Origin: a virus
Taxonomy: Duplodnaviria; Caudoviricetes
Virus record (IMG/VR): IMGVR_UViG_3300032330_001151
Span: 1-37,772 of that record
DNA length: 37,772 nucleotides
Strand: one strand, 5' to 3'
Both the position numbers and the translations under genes were made by a program. Below are positions 11,001 to 19,227 of this stretch, piece after piece. Numbering within the stretch: position 1 is the first letter of the stretch; every line of letters begins with the position of its first letter. The notes beneath the pieces are model-generated. The model was not told where the DNA came from, made no database searches, and worked only from the letters and a program-made list of their open reading frames with translations.

Positions 11001-11090
11001 GTACCATTATTAATTGAAGCTATTAAGGAACAGCAAAAAGCCATTGATTCACTTAGATCCGAATTGAAACAGCTTAAGAGTAAATTTTAA
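8070..11090 (+). CDS. Tail fibre protein 2 (paralog of fibre 1) with S74-like chaperone
   Basis: First 96 aa identical to fibre 1, same repeat modules, different distal region, C-terminal 'YYSDRRLKENV...YEKIVPLLIEAIKEQQ'. Confidence 0.88.
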   Translation: MTIASNLSFLQNSAGAITTGTVNAIGSPITFSVNNTEYNRIDTNGYSLLGYTTSQGSYKLQVNGNVLINGTLSLTTASIGNITGSVTTASNIAGGTAGQLAYQTAPGVTGFAGPGTSGQLLVSAGATAPVYTNTASIYVNSARYSDNITAGTAGQLHYQSAANTTAFVGPGTSGQLLVSAGASAPVYTTTSTIQVGYSANVLGGTAGGIVYQSGANASTFLSIGTAGQFLSVNAGATAPTYVSTSTMYVQRAVQADSAAGSAGSTTGALTAGTGLTSSGGTFNGSANLTFSLNTATLVANSVSASTATNAGTAYATIGTHTAGTGLSGTAFNGSANQTWTLNTATLMASSVAIAGGTTGQLVYQSAANTTGFVGPGTAGQFLQSAGAGAPTYVGTTTMYVQRAVLADSVTGSAGSLVNALTIGTGLSGSPSTTYNGSAAITVSLNTTTLMASAVQVSNSLSAGTGLTGSAFNGSTAQTWTLNTATLMASSVNIAGGTAGQLHYQSAANTTGFVGPGTAGQFLQSAGTSAPTYVSTTTMYVQRAVQADSASAGAGYTGNINATANTNLFEYIVGVSASGSTSAAATVATSNPVGFNASSGNVGIGTTSPGQKLEVAGNIYVNTSGNPYLQLKTSGAGNNPYIRMTADTNSWDIQSTFSNTNDDLLFMYNATTALTLDNAGKVSIGTAPPYGTSRLTLVASSNPTTTTDGANQLSIGEASQNTAYSLKVGYISINGGYSGSVQAIAGGVGGPLLLNGAGGNVAIGNTNPSQKLHVTGNTIITGNAVVGATTTTNKFEVVGTTGQLFSVSDSFTGTIFSASDISGIPSIEVLDTGLVKLAQYNGQVTISTGTVVSGSGLSVWTTTYILSLGVGTAASGTIGEIRATNEITAYYSDRRLKENVQVIDNALVKVLSLTGITYTPNAVAESYGYDRNSKLVGVFADDVESVLPEAVRPAPFDIDETGNSKSGENYKTVQYEKIVPLLIEAIKEQQKAIDSLRSELKQLKSKF
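8340..9720 (+). repeat. Interspersed coding repeats in fibre 2 (about five 56-aa-type modules and four 'TGL....(F/Y)NGS....LNT.TL.A' modules)
   Basis: Visible directly in the translation; boundaries are approximate. Confidence 0.8.
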
Positions 11091-11113
11091 TTTGCAAGGG
11101 TTAAGATAATTAT

Positions 11114-12310
11114 ATGAGTAACAATTACGGCCCAACAATTGCAACATCTGGTCTGACATATTATCATGATATGTCAAACACACAAAAGTCATTTAAAGGT
11201 GCCCCTACTACAAACCTAGTTGATCCATCGTGGGCAAACTGGTCTACTGACGGATCAGGGCAAGGTAGTATTGGTACAAGAACCATCAACGATACCTACG
11301 AATGTTTTATAGCTGACTCTACCTCCAACACCAGGCAGAGCATTTATATATCTTCAGGAATTAGCGCAAGTACAACATATACATTTTCAGTACAATACAA
11401 AAAAATAACTGGGACCCCTACGCTTAGATTTCAAATTCAGGCATATAACGGTGGATCATACCTCAGCACTATGTCATTTGCTACAACCGCTCAGTTAGGT
11501 ATAACGGATAAAGATGGTTGGCAAACAGCACAAATTACGCTAACAACGCCTGCAAGCACTAATAGAATTTTATGGTTTATGCAAGACGGCGATGATTATA
11601 CCACATATACCCACTCGTTTAGATTAAAAAATGTGCAGTGTGAACAACAAAGTTTTTCTACACCGTTTGTGGTAGGAACTCGGTCAACAACACAATCATT
11701 AATAAATTTAGCCAATTCAAATTCTGCTGTAACAACAACCAGTTTGACCTATGCTAGCGATAACACTTTTAGTTTTGACGGTTCTACAAATTATATAACT
11801 GTTGGTGCATTATCTGGATCGTTCGGATCATTTACGGTCAGCGTTTGGTTTTATTCAACCAGTGTTTCTAACTATAGAAATCCTATTGATTGTAATTTTA
11901 ACTATAACGCTACAACCGGAAACATTGGACCTAGACTTGAACAAAATAGTTCTGGTAATTTAACATGGAATATTAGTGGTAACACTGGTAATAATAGCAT
12001 TTATGATAGCTTTAATGTACAATCGTCGGGACTACAGGCAAATACATGGTATAATACTGTTATAACTTGGACTAATGGATCGGCAAACACCTATTTAAAT
12101 GGAGCGCCTGTGACAGTTAACGCCAGTACTCCTAATGGATTTGTAAATGTGTTTAATAATGTAATTATCGGCAAAGGTTTTCACTTAGATGCCGCATCGA
12201 CAAGGTCATTTACAGGAAAAATTCCAGTAGTAAAAATATACAATAGGGCACTGTCGGCTACTGAAGTGTTACAAAATTTTAACGCCCTACGGGCAAGGTT
12301 TGGAATATGA
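11114..12310 (+). CDS. LamG/ConA-like lectin domain protein, paralog 1
   Basis: 'FSFDGSTNY...FTVSVW...WYNTVITW...YLNG...FTGKI..VKIYNRALSATEVLQNFNA' fits a LamG-like jelly roll. Confidence 0.8.
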   Translation: MSNNYGPTIATSGLTYYHDMSNTQKSFKGAPTTNLVDPSWANWSTDGSGQGSIGTRTINDTYECFIADSTSNTRQSIYISSGISASTTYTFSVQYKKITGTPTLRFQIQAYNGGSYLSTMSFATTAQLGITDKDGWQTAQITLTTPASTNRILWFMQDGDDYTTYTHSFRLKNVQCEQQSFSTPFVVGTRSTTQSLINLANSNSAVTTTSLTYASDNTFSFDGSTNYITVGALSGSFGSFTVSVWFYSTSVSNYRNPIDCNFNYNATTGNIGPRLEQNSSGNLTWNISGNTGNNSIYDSFNVQSSGLQANTWYNTVITWTNGSANTYLNGAPVTVNASTPNGFVNVFNNVIIGKGFHLDAASTRSFTGKIPVVKIYNRALSATEVLQNFNALRARFGI

Positions 12311-13509
12311 GCCTAACTCACGGATCATCAATAGTTACAAATGGGTTGACCATGTATTTTGATACTGGCAATACTAAAAAATCGTGGAAAGGGGCACCGA
12401 CTACTAATTATATTCCAAACCCTTATGCTAGTTATAATGGGTCATCTTTTGTATTTGGATATAATTATCAAAATTTAGGAGCAACTTACACATACCGAAC
12501 AGGAGTCGACAATCCAGTCAATGCGCCTGGCGTATTAGAATATTACACCGGCACTACTGGTTATAAGTATTTTTCTGTAGATTCGACCAGTCTTCCGGCA
12601 ACCGGCACATATACATTTTCATACTATGCTAGATTAGTAGGTGCACCCGCTGGTGGAAATAATGCACCAATTGACAGTCAACTATGGCGAGCAAACGGTA
12701 GTGATAGGTCGGTTACGGGTGATTGGAACCCTACATTTACATTTGATTGGAAAAGATATACAACTACTGGACCTGCCGAAGCATCAACAATTTTACAGTA
12801 TTTTCCAGTTCATTCTGGAAGTATTGTAGGCGGCTACACAATTCAATATTGTGGGTTTCAATTAGAAACTGGAAGTTATGCAACTCCCTTTGTTGTAGGC
12901 ACTAGAAGTAACACCCAGGCCATCGTTGATTTAACTGGTAAAAATTCCATTACGGCAAGTAGTCTAACTTATAATAGTGATAATACATTTACATTTACTA
13001 AAGCAAGTGCAAACTATCTCACTTTACCGTTACTATCATCGATGAATACCAATGTGTCGGTTTCTTGCTGGGCTTATGTTACATTAGGAACAGCAGGCTG
13101 TATTTTTGAAAGCGGCTACGGATCAGGATTTGGCGTTGGCATCGGCAATAATTATTATCAAGCCGCCGACCCGGGGAATAATATTGTTTTGTTATTTCCC
13201 GCAGTTAGATGGATATCAACAGGTGTATCATATGGATCAACTGGTTGGAAAAATGTAGTTGTAACTATGGACGGTTCTGCTGTCCCAAGTGTATATTTAA
13301 ATGGTTCGTTGGTGGGCACATATTCTGGAACTGCTCCGTTAACCCCAGTGACAAATTCCTATGTAGGTAGAAATGTAGGTGATGAAGGTAGTGCTACTGA
13401 CCGTGCATTTGATGGTAAAATTGCCTCGGTAGCTTTTTATAATAGAACATTAACAGCCTCAGAAGTTACACAAAATTTTAATGCATTACGGGGAAGATTT
13501 GGTGTATGA
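12307..13509 (+). CDS. LamG/ConA-like lectin domain protein, paralog 2
   Basis: Same architecture; ATGA overlap with the previous gene; ends 'YNRTLTASEVTQNFNALRGRFGV'. Confidence 0.8.
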   Translation: MSLTHGSSIVTNGLTMYFDTGNTKKSWKGAPTTNYIPNPYASYNGSSFVFGYNYQNLGATYTYRTGVDNPVNAPGVLEYYTGTTGYKYFSVDSTSLPATGTYTFSYYARLVGAPAGGNNAPIDSQLWRANGSDRSVTGDWNPTFTFDWKRYTTTGPAEASTILQYFPVHSGSIVGGYTIQYCGFQLETGSYATPFVVGTRSNTQAIVDLTGKNSITASSLTYNSDNTFTFTKASANYLTLPLLSSMNTNVSVSCWAYVTLGTAGCIFESGYGSGFGVGIGNNYYQAADPGNNIVLLFPAVRWISTGVSYGSTGWKNVVVTMDGSAVPSVYLNGSLVGTYSGTAPLTPVTNSYVGRNVGDEGSATDRAFDGKIASVAFYNRTLTASEVTQNFNALRGRFGV

Positions 13510-14711
13510 GTGCATTTGTTGGCCCATCTAAAGTTACGTCGGATTTAATATTTGAATATGATATGTCAAATATGCAAAAATCTTTCCTGGGTGCGCCTGC
13601 CACAAACATAATACCATATAGCCAGGACTACAGTAGTGGCGGTAATTTCATGTCTAACTGGACTGGAAATCTGTTCAGCAACTGGATCAATTCCACAGTT
13701 ACTACAGGTTATCAAGCACCCGATGGCTCTTATACCGCAAATTTGCTCACTGGATATTACAGCAGATGGACTGCGTCAATTACTGCAACTACAAACACAG
13801 CATACACATTTTCTATTTGGATTAAAAATTACGCCCTAGTTAACCCTCCATATCTGCATGTAGCATTTGGTTTAAACGGATCATTGGTTAACTATAACAA
13901 TATAACCAGCGTGCCTATTAATAGTGTGGGTGACTGGACTAGATTTTCAGTTACTGTAACTTCTCCTGCATCTGGAATTAATCAAATACAGTGTGGCGTT
14001 GAATTTGGAGGATCTAAAGCCAATTCCGCAGGACCTTATGCTATGCTAGTATGGGGCGCACAGTGCGAAGTTGGATCATTTGCAACTCCTTATATACCAT
14101 CACTTGGATCAGCTGGTAGTAGATCAACCACACAGGCATTTAAAGATACTACTAATAGAATTGCTCTTACTGCTTCAAATTTAACTTATAACAGCGATGG
14201 AACATTTAGTTTCAATGGAAGTAGTGGCGTAATAACATCGCCATCAATCACGCTAGATTTTACCGACGGTGTCTCAATGGAGATGATATTTAAATCTACA
14301 GATATACAAAGTAGAGCACAGGGATATATGTCGTTTAGTCCGGGGCCTGCATATATAAATTTTTATTCTGCCGGCAATAGTACATTAAGATGGGAAACTT
14401 GGCAAAATGCTAGTAGTAGCATAGGCGGCGCCTTCACTAGTTCTGCAAATTTAACCAACAACACCTGGTATCATGCTATCGGAACATATTCAAGCAATGG
14501 ATCTGCAAAATTATACATAAATGGTTCGCTAGTAAATAGTGCTTCATATGCATCAACAAGTTATGGATCTGTTACTACAACACTGTACATAGGGCAATAT
14601 GCCGGATATATATCCGGCAGTATTCCAGTAGCTAGGATGTATAACAGAGAATTGTCAGCCGCAGAAGTGGCACAAAATTTTAATGCATTACGAGGAAGAT
14701 ACGGAATATAG
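13506..14711 (+). CDS. LamG/ConA-like lectin domain protein, paralog 3
   Basis: Same architecture; ATGA overlap; ends 'YNRELSAAEVAQNFNALRGRYGI'. Confidence 0.8.
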   Translation: MSAFVGPSKVTSDLIFEYDMSNMQKSFLGAPATNIIPYSQDYSSGGNFMSNWTGNLFSNWINSTVTTGYQAPDGSYTANLLTGYYSRWTASITATTNTAYTFSIWIKNYALVNPPYLHVAFGLNGSLVNYNNITSVPINSVGDWTRFSVTVTSPASGINQIQCGVEFGGSKANSAGPYAMLVWGAQCEVGSFATPYIPSLGSAGSRSTTQAFKDTTNRIALTASNLTYNSDGTFSFNGSSGVITSPSITLDFTDGVSMEMIFKSTDIQSRAQGYMSFSPGPAYINFYSAGNSTLRWETWQNASSSIGGAFTSSANLTNNTWYHAIGTYSSNGSAKLYINGSLVNSASYASTSYGSVTTTLYIGQYAGYISGSIPVARMYNRELSAAEVAQNFNALRGRYGI

Positions 14712-14743
14712 TAAATCAGTCATTAATTAATGTAATGAGCATC

Positions 14744-14805
14744 CGATAAATATATCGAATTCATTTTATACTGAAGTGACAGCATAGGCCGTTAAATAAC
14801 AGGCC
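14744..14805 (+). promoter_or_regulatory. Two putative TAAATA late-promoter boxes (14747-14752 and 14793-14798)
   Basis: Both are intergenic and lie upstream of a GAGGA RBS and the ATG at 14823. Confidence 0.45.
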
Positions 14806-14822
14806 ACCGAGGAAAATAACAG

Positions 14823-15023
14823 ATGGCAATTTTACCAGCAACAGGATCAGCAATAAAGATGGGTGGTGTTTATCAAGCATATACAAACACAGCTCCGTCA
14901 GCCGGCCTAAACATTAGACTTAGTGCTACACTAGGTGCTAATTACGGTGGTAAATCAGCTGGTACACAAATTTCATTCTCCTCGACATTTGGTGGTAAGA
15001 CTACACCTTACACTTACTCATAA
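14823..15023 (+). CDS. Small Gly/Ser/Thr-rich protein, possible fibre-tip adaptor, 66 aa
   Basis: GAGGA RBS; 'LPATGSAIKM...ISFSSTFGGK' resembles the 'LP.SG.IS...IS.S.FYGK' N-terminal module often seen downstream of chaperone-bearing fibres (from recall). Confidence 0.6.
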   Translation: MAILPATGSAIKMGGVYQAYTNTAPSAGLNIRLSATLGANYGGKSAGTQISFSSTFGGKTTPYTYS

Positions 15024-15032
15024 CGGATTGAA

Positions 15033-15509
15033 ATGAAAAATAGAAAATTAGACATAGATAAAATTCTTACCTTAGCACAAACTGGACCCAGTCGTTGGGA
15101 ATTAGATAATGTCATATGGAACGACCGCAGTTCTAATCCAAAAACTTTAATGGCTTTTCTAGAAAGAATTAAAACGTTAGAAGATATTGACAGTCGACTT
15201 CCAGAAGAAAACCAAGAATTAGAGATCCTAACAGATCTTGCCAATGACATGGACGAAGATGCTTGTATTGAGCTGTTGTCAAACAAGGACGAAATTGTTC
15301 AGCAAAATTTTATTGAAACATTAGCTCGTACCAGTGCTATCGAAGTGCTGACCAAAGAACGTGTCAGTTACGAAACCATGTCAGCTACATGCAAATTAAG
15401 CCCAACAGATTTTATTCTGTGCGCCAAGCGTACCCAAGACATTATTAATTCTGTATTAGAATTAGTAGTGCAAGGCGAAACACTGAGTCAAGATGTAGCA
15501 GGCGCATGA
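15033..15509 (+). CDS. Hypothetical acidic helical protein, 158 aa
   Basis: Tightly packed ORF with an ATGA overlap to the next gene; no recognised motif. Confidence 0.7.
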   Translation: MKNRKLDIDKILTLAQTGPSRWELDNVIWNDRSSNPKTLMAFLERIKTLEDIDSRLPEENQELEILTDLANDMDEDACIELLSNKDEIVQQNFIETLARTSAIEVLTKERVSYETMSATCKLSPTDFILCAKRTQDIINSVLELVVQGETLSQDVAGA

Positions 15510-16159
15510 CCAAGAATGTTTTTTCGGCCAGCAAGTGGAGCCTAAAAAAGAATAAACTTGCCGTGTTGGTGCCCTGTAGGGACATGTTACATGCTGGATT
15601 TAGTAAATGTCTAGTTGAATTGGTCAAACTAAACACGATGAACGGTATTGATACCCATGTGGTATATGATGCCAGTACGGTATTGCTCACTCAACGTGCT
15701 AGATTAGCGGCCGAAGCTCAGACTATCGGTGCAGAATACATGCTATGGCTAGATAGTGACATGGTATTTCCTCCGACTACCGCTCTAAGATTACTAGCCC
15801 ACAACGAACCTGTAGTAGCCTGTAATTACATTCGTAGACAACTGCCGGCCAAAGGTGTTGCCTATGAATCAATTGGCGATTGGGAAAATCCTTTACCGTT
15901 TGAACCACAAGATGAGCTAGTGCCTGTCGAAGGTATAGGTATGGGTTGCATGTTGGTCAAGACCAGTATACTACAAGAAATTCCTAAACCTTGGTTTGAA
16001 TTCCATTGGACTGAAGAAAGCAATGATCACCTAGGTGAGGACATGGATTTTTGCATGAAAATGGCCGATGCAGGTTATACTGTTAAGGTTGATACAAACC
16101 TCAGCATGGAAATGCGTCATCTAGGTACATGGGCATTTGGCCCAGACCTATTAGATTAA
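15506..16159 (+). CDS. GT-A fold (family 2-like) glycosyltransferase
   Basis: 'LAVLVPCRD', DxD motif in 'YMLWLDSDMVF', 'GMGCMLV', 'GEDMDFC' and C-terminal 'H.G'. Confidence 0.75.
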   Translation: MTKNVFSASKWSLKKNKLAVLVPCRDMLHAGFSKCLVELVKLNTMNGIDTHVVYDASTVLLTQRARLAAEAQTIGAEYMLWLDSDMVFPPTTALRLLAHNEPVVACNYIRRQLPAKGVAYESIGDWENPLPFEPQDELVPVEGIGMGCMLVKTSILQEIPKPWFEFHWTEESNDHLGEDMDFCMKMADAGYTVKVDTNLSMEMRHLGTWAFGPDLLD

Positions 16160-16591
16160 ATCTAACAAGACTTCAATTTTAGTTTTGATAGTTTTGTTAA
16201 TAAAACTATTCTTAACACCTTGATGTAGTGGCTTAGGCCAACTATTATATTTTACCCAAGCATACCCCTCGTGTTCTTCATTGAGCACAGGGGTAAATTC
16301 TTTGTCGACAATTAGCACATAGGTGTTGTAATGAAAATTTTGATCGTTACTAGTGAACAATTCTAACGGCACAACTTTTTTAATCTTAGGTGTTGCACCT
16401 ACTTCTTCTGAAATTTCTCTAGTCAGCGCATCGTAAGGTGTAAGGTCTGCAGGTTCTTTTTTGCCACCAACTAGACCCCAGGTGCCCGCAGTTTTTCCTT
16501 GACTTCTCAGTAGTAATAAGAATCGTTTGGTATCCTTGGCCAGGAATAATCCGCCACTACAGATAATTTGATTTAGAGAATTAGACGCCAT
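16151..16591 (-). CDS. NUDIX hydrolase
   Basis: Nudix box 'GGKKEPADLTPYDALTREISEEVG' and 'LNEEHEGYAWV'. Confidence 0.88.
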   Translation of the reverse strand: MASNSLNQIICSGGLFLAKDTKRFLLLLRSQGKTAGTWGLVGGKKEPADLTPYDALTREISEEVGATPKIKKVVPLELFTSNDQNFHYNTYVLIVDKEFTPVLNEEHEGYAWVKYNSWPKPLHQGVKNSFINKTIKTKIEVLLDLI

Positions 16592-17967
16592 AAAGCCTTA
16601 TCATAAACACCTTCAAAACTCTTGCTCCAAGAATGCTGTGCCCACTTGTATTGGACACCGGTGTATGAGTTAGTTATGTAAGTTACATCGGTAGTGTTAG
16701 CTGAATTGAATATGACATTCCACGCACTGCCGTCCCATTCTATAATGTCGTTGGCGTGTGCCTGCGGATCAGTATCATCGGAATTTTTCCAAGCATCTGG
16801 GCCATCATACCCAGGTTGCCCGTATTCGGCATTAATATTTAAATCTTCTAATATTAGATATCGTGTGCCTGTAATTTTATTCTGAGGATTAAATGTTTCA
16901 GGATTTATGATAGCATCTATTGTTCCTCTACCTGCAATAATAGTATTGCTAGGTACGGTATCTGCATCAAAGTTTAAGATCATCCTAGATTCATCTGTGG
17001 GATCCATACTAATATAAGCTACAATTTCATTACCATCTGGTTTGGTCAATCTTAGTTGACTTAGTCCTGCACGGAATTGACCAGGATACAAGTCTAACAA
17101 TTTAAGCCAAGAATTTTCAATGCCTGGCACTGAAATATTAATAACATTTCCTTGAGAGTTGTTTGAAACCAACTTGGCCACATTGTCTAAGACCAACAGA
17201 TCAAATTCTCCCGGAGTAATCACTGTGGTAAACACATCGGAACTCATGGCTCCTAATACAGCATCACCATTGTTAAAATCAGCCGCAATAGTTCCGGCAG
17301 GCACAGCAAACGCATTGGTGATAATTTTTGTTATTACACCTAACTGTTTGACTTTTACAGGTGGAGTGATCCAAACATGTGATTCAAAAGTCATGTTTAA
17401 GATATCTATATCTTGTTCTAGTCCTTGAGGTACACTTCGACTGCTCCAAGTTTGGCTCTTCAAGGTCAGTACACTAATACTAGTCCAGTCAATGTAGTTG
17501 TCTGTAGTCTGCAGTTCTAGACTGGGGTTAAACAAGACAGCAATCTGTTCCCATAATTGCAATTTTTGATCAGTATTGCTGGTCCATATGTCTGCCGAAA
17601 AATCTGCCAAATAAGGTGTCGGCATGATTTTTTCTACAGTATAATTTTTTCCCTGTTGATTAACATATCTACCAGTTTCAGGATCCACTGCTCTTTCTCT
17701 AATATTGGTAGTACTGATAAAAGTAGGGTCTTGAATACGACTACGATCAAATTGTAGATCTTTAATGTAGCAGGCGATGAATGGAGCACTAGGGATAGTA
17801 TTTTCACTATTCTTCTTTAGTATACTGCCAACTTGACGATTCATGTCACCATATCGCACAGGTACTCTGGTCAGCTGACCTTTAGCATCTTTAACATAAA
17901 AGTTGCTCATGATACGCATAAATTGTGTCAAGTATCTGCGTACTTGACCATCATAAAAGAAGTCCAT
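16573..17967 (-). CDS. gp15: Tail terminator/sheath stabiliser (T4 gp15-like) with C-terminal extension
   Basis: 'FFYDGQVRRYLTQF...VPVRYG...P.PY...F..DIWTSN.DQKLQL.EQI..LFNP' is gp15-like; adjacent to neck genes. Confidence 0.72.
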   Translation of the reverse strand: MDFFYDGQVRRYLTQFMRIMSNFYVKDAKGQLTRVPVRYGDMNRQVGSILKKNSENTIPSAPFIACYIKDLQFDRSRIQDPTFISTTNIRERAVDPETGRYVNQQGKNYTVEKIMPTPYLADFSADIWTSNTDQKLQLWEQIAVLFNPSLELQTTDNYIDWTSISVLTLKSQTWSSRSVPQGLEQDIDILNMTFESHVWITPPVKVKQLGVITKIITNAFAVPAGTIAADFNNGDAVLGAMSSDVFTTVITPGEFDLLVLDNVAKLVSNNSQGNVINISVPGIENSWLKLLDLYPGQFRAGLSQLRLTKPDGNEIVAYISMDPTDESRMILNFDADTVPSNTIIAGRGTIDAIINPETFNPQNKITGTRYLILEDLNINAEYGQPGYDGPDAWKNSDDTDPQAHANDIIEWDGSAWNVIFNSANTTDVTYITNSYTGVQYKWAQHSWSKSFEGVYDKALWRLIL

Positions 17968-17969
17968 TA

Positions 17970-19199
17970 TTAACCGTCCGCTTTAGGTTTAAGTGCTTTG
18001 CTCAGAGCTTGTCTTTCTACTACCACTTCACCAGCAATGGTAGCAGTATTTGAGTTATTGATGAATCCAGTCTTCTGAGTCTGGCGAACAGTTTTGCCTG
18101 CCCATGTGCCAGAAGCCACATCCTCTGAACCAAAATTGTTCAAGGTCATTCTAACATTGTCTTCGAATTTGAGCCAATGTCTGCCATCATATCTGAATAA
18201 TCTGTTTGGCAAATAATCTGTTCTTAAATAAAACTGACCCACTACAGGATTTGTTGGGAATGAAATTCCAAAACCATATGGTGCACCATTTGGTGGTTTT
18301 CCATCACCTGCAAGGTAACCTGACTTAACATAGTAATCTTGATTAGGACTTTGCAGTACCATACTGGCATCTAAAATAGCCTGCTCAATACTAGCATCAC
18401 CGATAGCATCGAGACTACTAATGCGACTGGTGTCGGATAGATTAACTAATCCAGTATTTTCTGATGTAGGAATTACATAAAGATTGCTGGTGTCAAACCC
18501 GCTCTGGGGAGAGTCTGCATCTGCTTGTGCAATAATTTGATCGTTAACTTCGATGCTCTTTTGATAGGTGCTTAATAAATCTCGTAGTGTACTACCGTCA
18601 CCAGCTCCTGCATCTGCATCAAGTATTTCTTTAAATTCTTGATTGTCAACTAGCGGAACACATTTAGCACGTATTAAATGAGGATACCATGTTGCACTAT
18701 ATCCGCTAGCTGGTCTTGCTACGTCTTGTACTACATAAAATCTTTTCAATGCCACTAGGCTATTGTCTAGTGCATATTCGTCTTTAAGATGTGGAAGTTC
18801 TATTACATCTCCCGACATAATTTTTCTGCCTAGATTGTCTACAGTATTTTTTAAATGAAATGTTATTAAAATGTTATCGTTAGTTAAAAATAAACCAAAC
18901 TGACTTAGGTTAAAATCTAAGTCTTGCATGGTATAGATACCTCTCATTACATAAACATCCGGGTCGTAATGACGATCTCTGTTTTCCATGAAAATAAGAT
19001 CTTGTATTCCTAACTCCGGTATTTCATTGGTATTAACAGGAGTGCTAGGGGTACTTTCACCTTCAGCAGGATCTACTGGACCTAAGTATTTGTGTACAAA
19101 CACATCCGTACCGCCAACTTGAAACTGTTCGTTGATCACACGATCTAAAAATTTAAAATCAGGGCCTTTTTCAGGACGATATAATGATAGTCTTGGCAT
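17970..19199 (-). CDS. gp14: Neck protein (T4 gp14-like head closure)
   Basis: 'E.F.VGG.DV...E..DR.Y...LSQFGLFL.ND...GDVIELPHL' and position between gp13-like and gp15-like genes. Confidence 0.6.
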   Translation of the reverse strand: MPRLSLYRPEKGPDFKFLDRVINEQFQVGGTDVFVHKYLGPVDPAEGESTPSTPVNTNEIPELGIQDLIFMENRDRHYDPDVYVMRGIYTMQDLDFNLSQFGLFLTNDNILITFHLKNTVDNLGRKIMSGDVIELPHLKDEYALDNSLVALKRFYVVQDVARPASGYSATWYPHLIRAKCVPLVDNQEFKEILDADAGAGDGSTLRDLLSTYQKSIEVNDQIIAQADADSPQSGFDTSNLYVIPTSENTGLVNLSDTSRISSLDAIGDASIEQAILDASMVLQSPNQDYYVKSGYLAGDGKPPNGAPYGFGISFPTNPVVGQFYLRTDYLPNRLFRYDGRHWLKFEDNVRMTLNNFGSEDVASGTWAGKTVRQTQKTGFINNSNTATIAGEVVVERQALSKALKPKADG

Positions 19200-19227
19200 A
19201 GTATAGTATTTATAGATAAATATTCGT
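19200..19227. promoter_or_regulatory. Back-to-back divergent late promoters
   Basis: TATTTATAGATAAATA: minus-strand TATAAATA (19207-19214, exact T4 late consensus) and plus-strand TAAATA (19217-19222). Confidence 0.7.

Noticed and set aside
4528-14711. Diversity-generating retroelement or invertible fibre cassette
   Set aside because: Paralog differences in the parts compared are mostly synonymous third-position changes, not adenine-specific. No reverse transcriptase, invertase or inverted gene copy is in the window.
14712-14822. tRNA or structured ncRNA in the intergenic gap
   Set aside because: No cloverleaf or T-loop motif; only short hairpins around TAAATA boxes.
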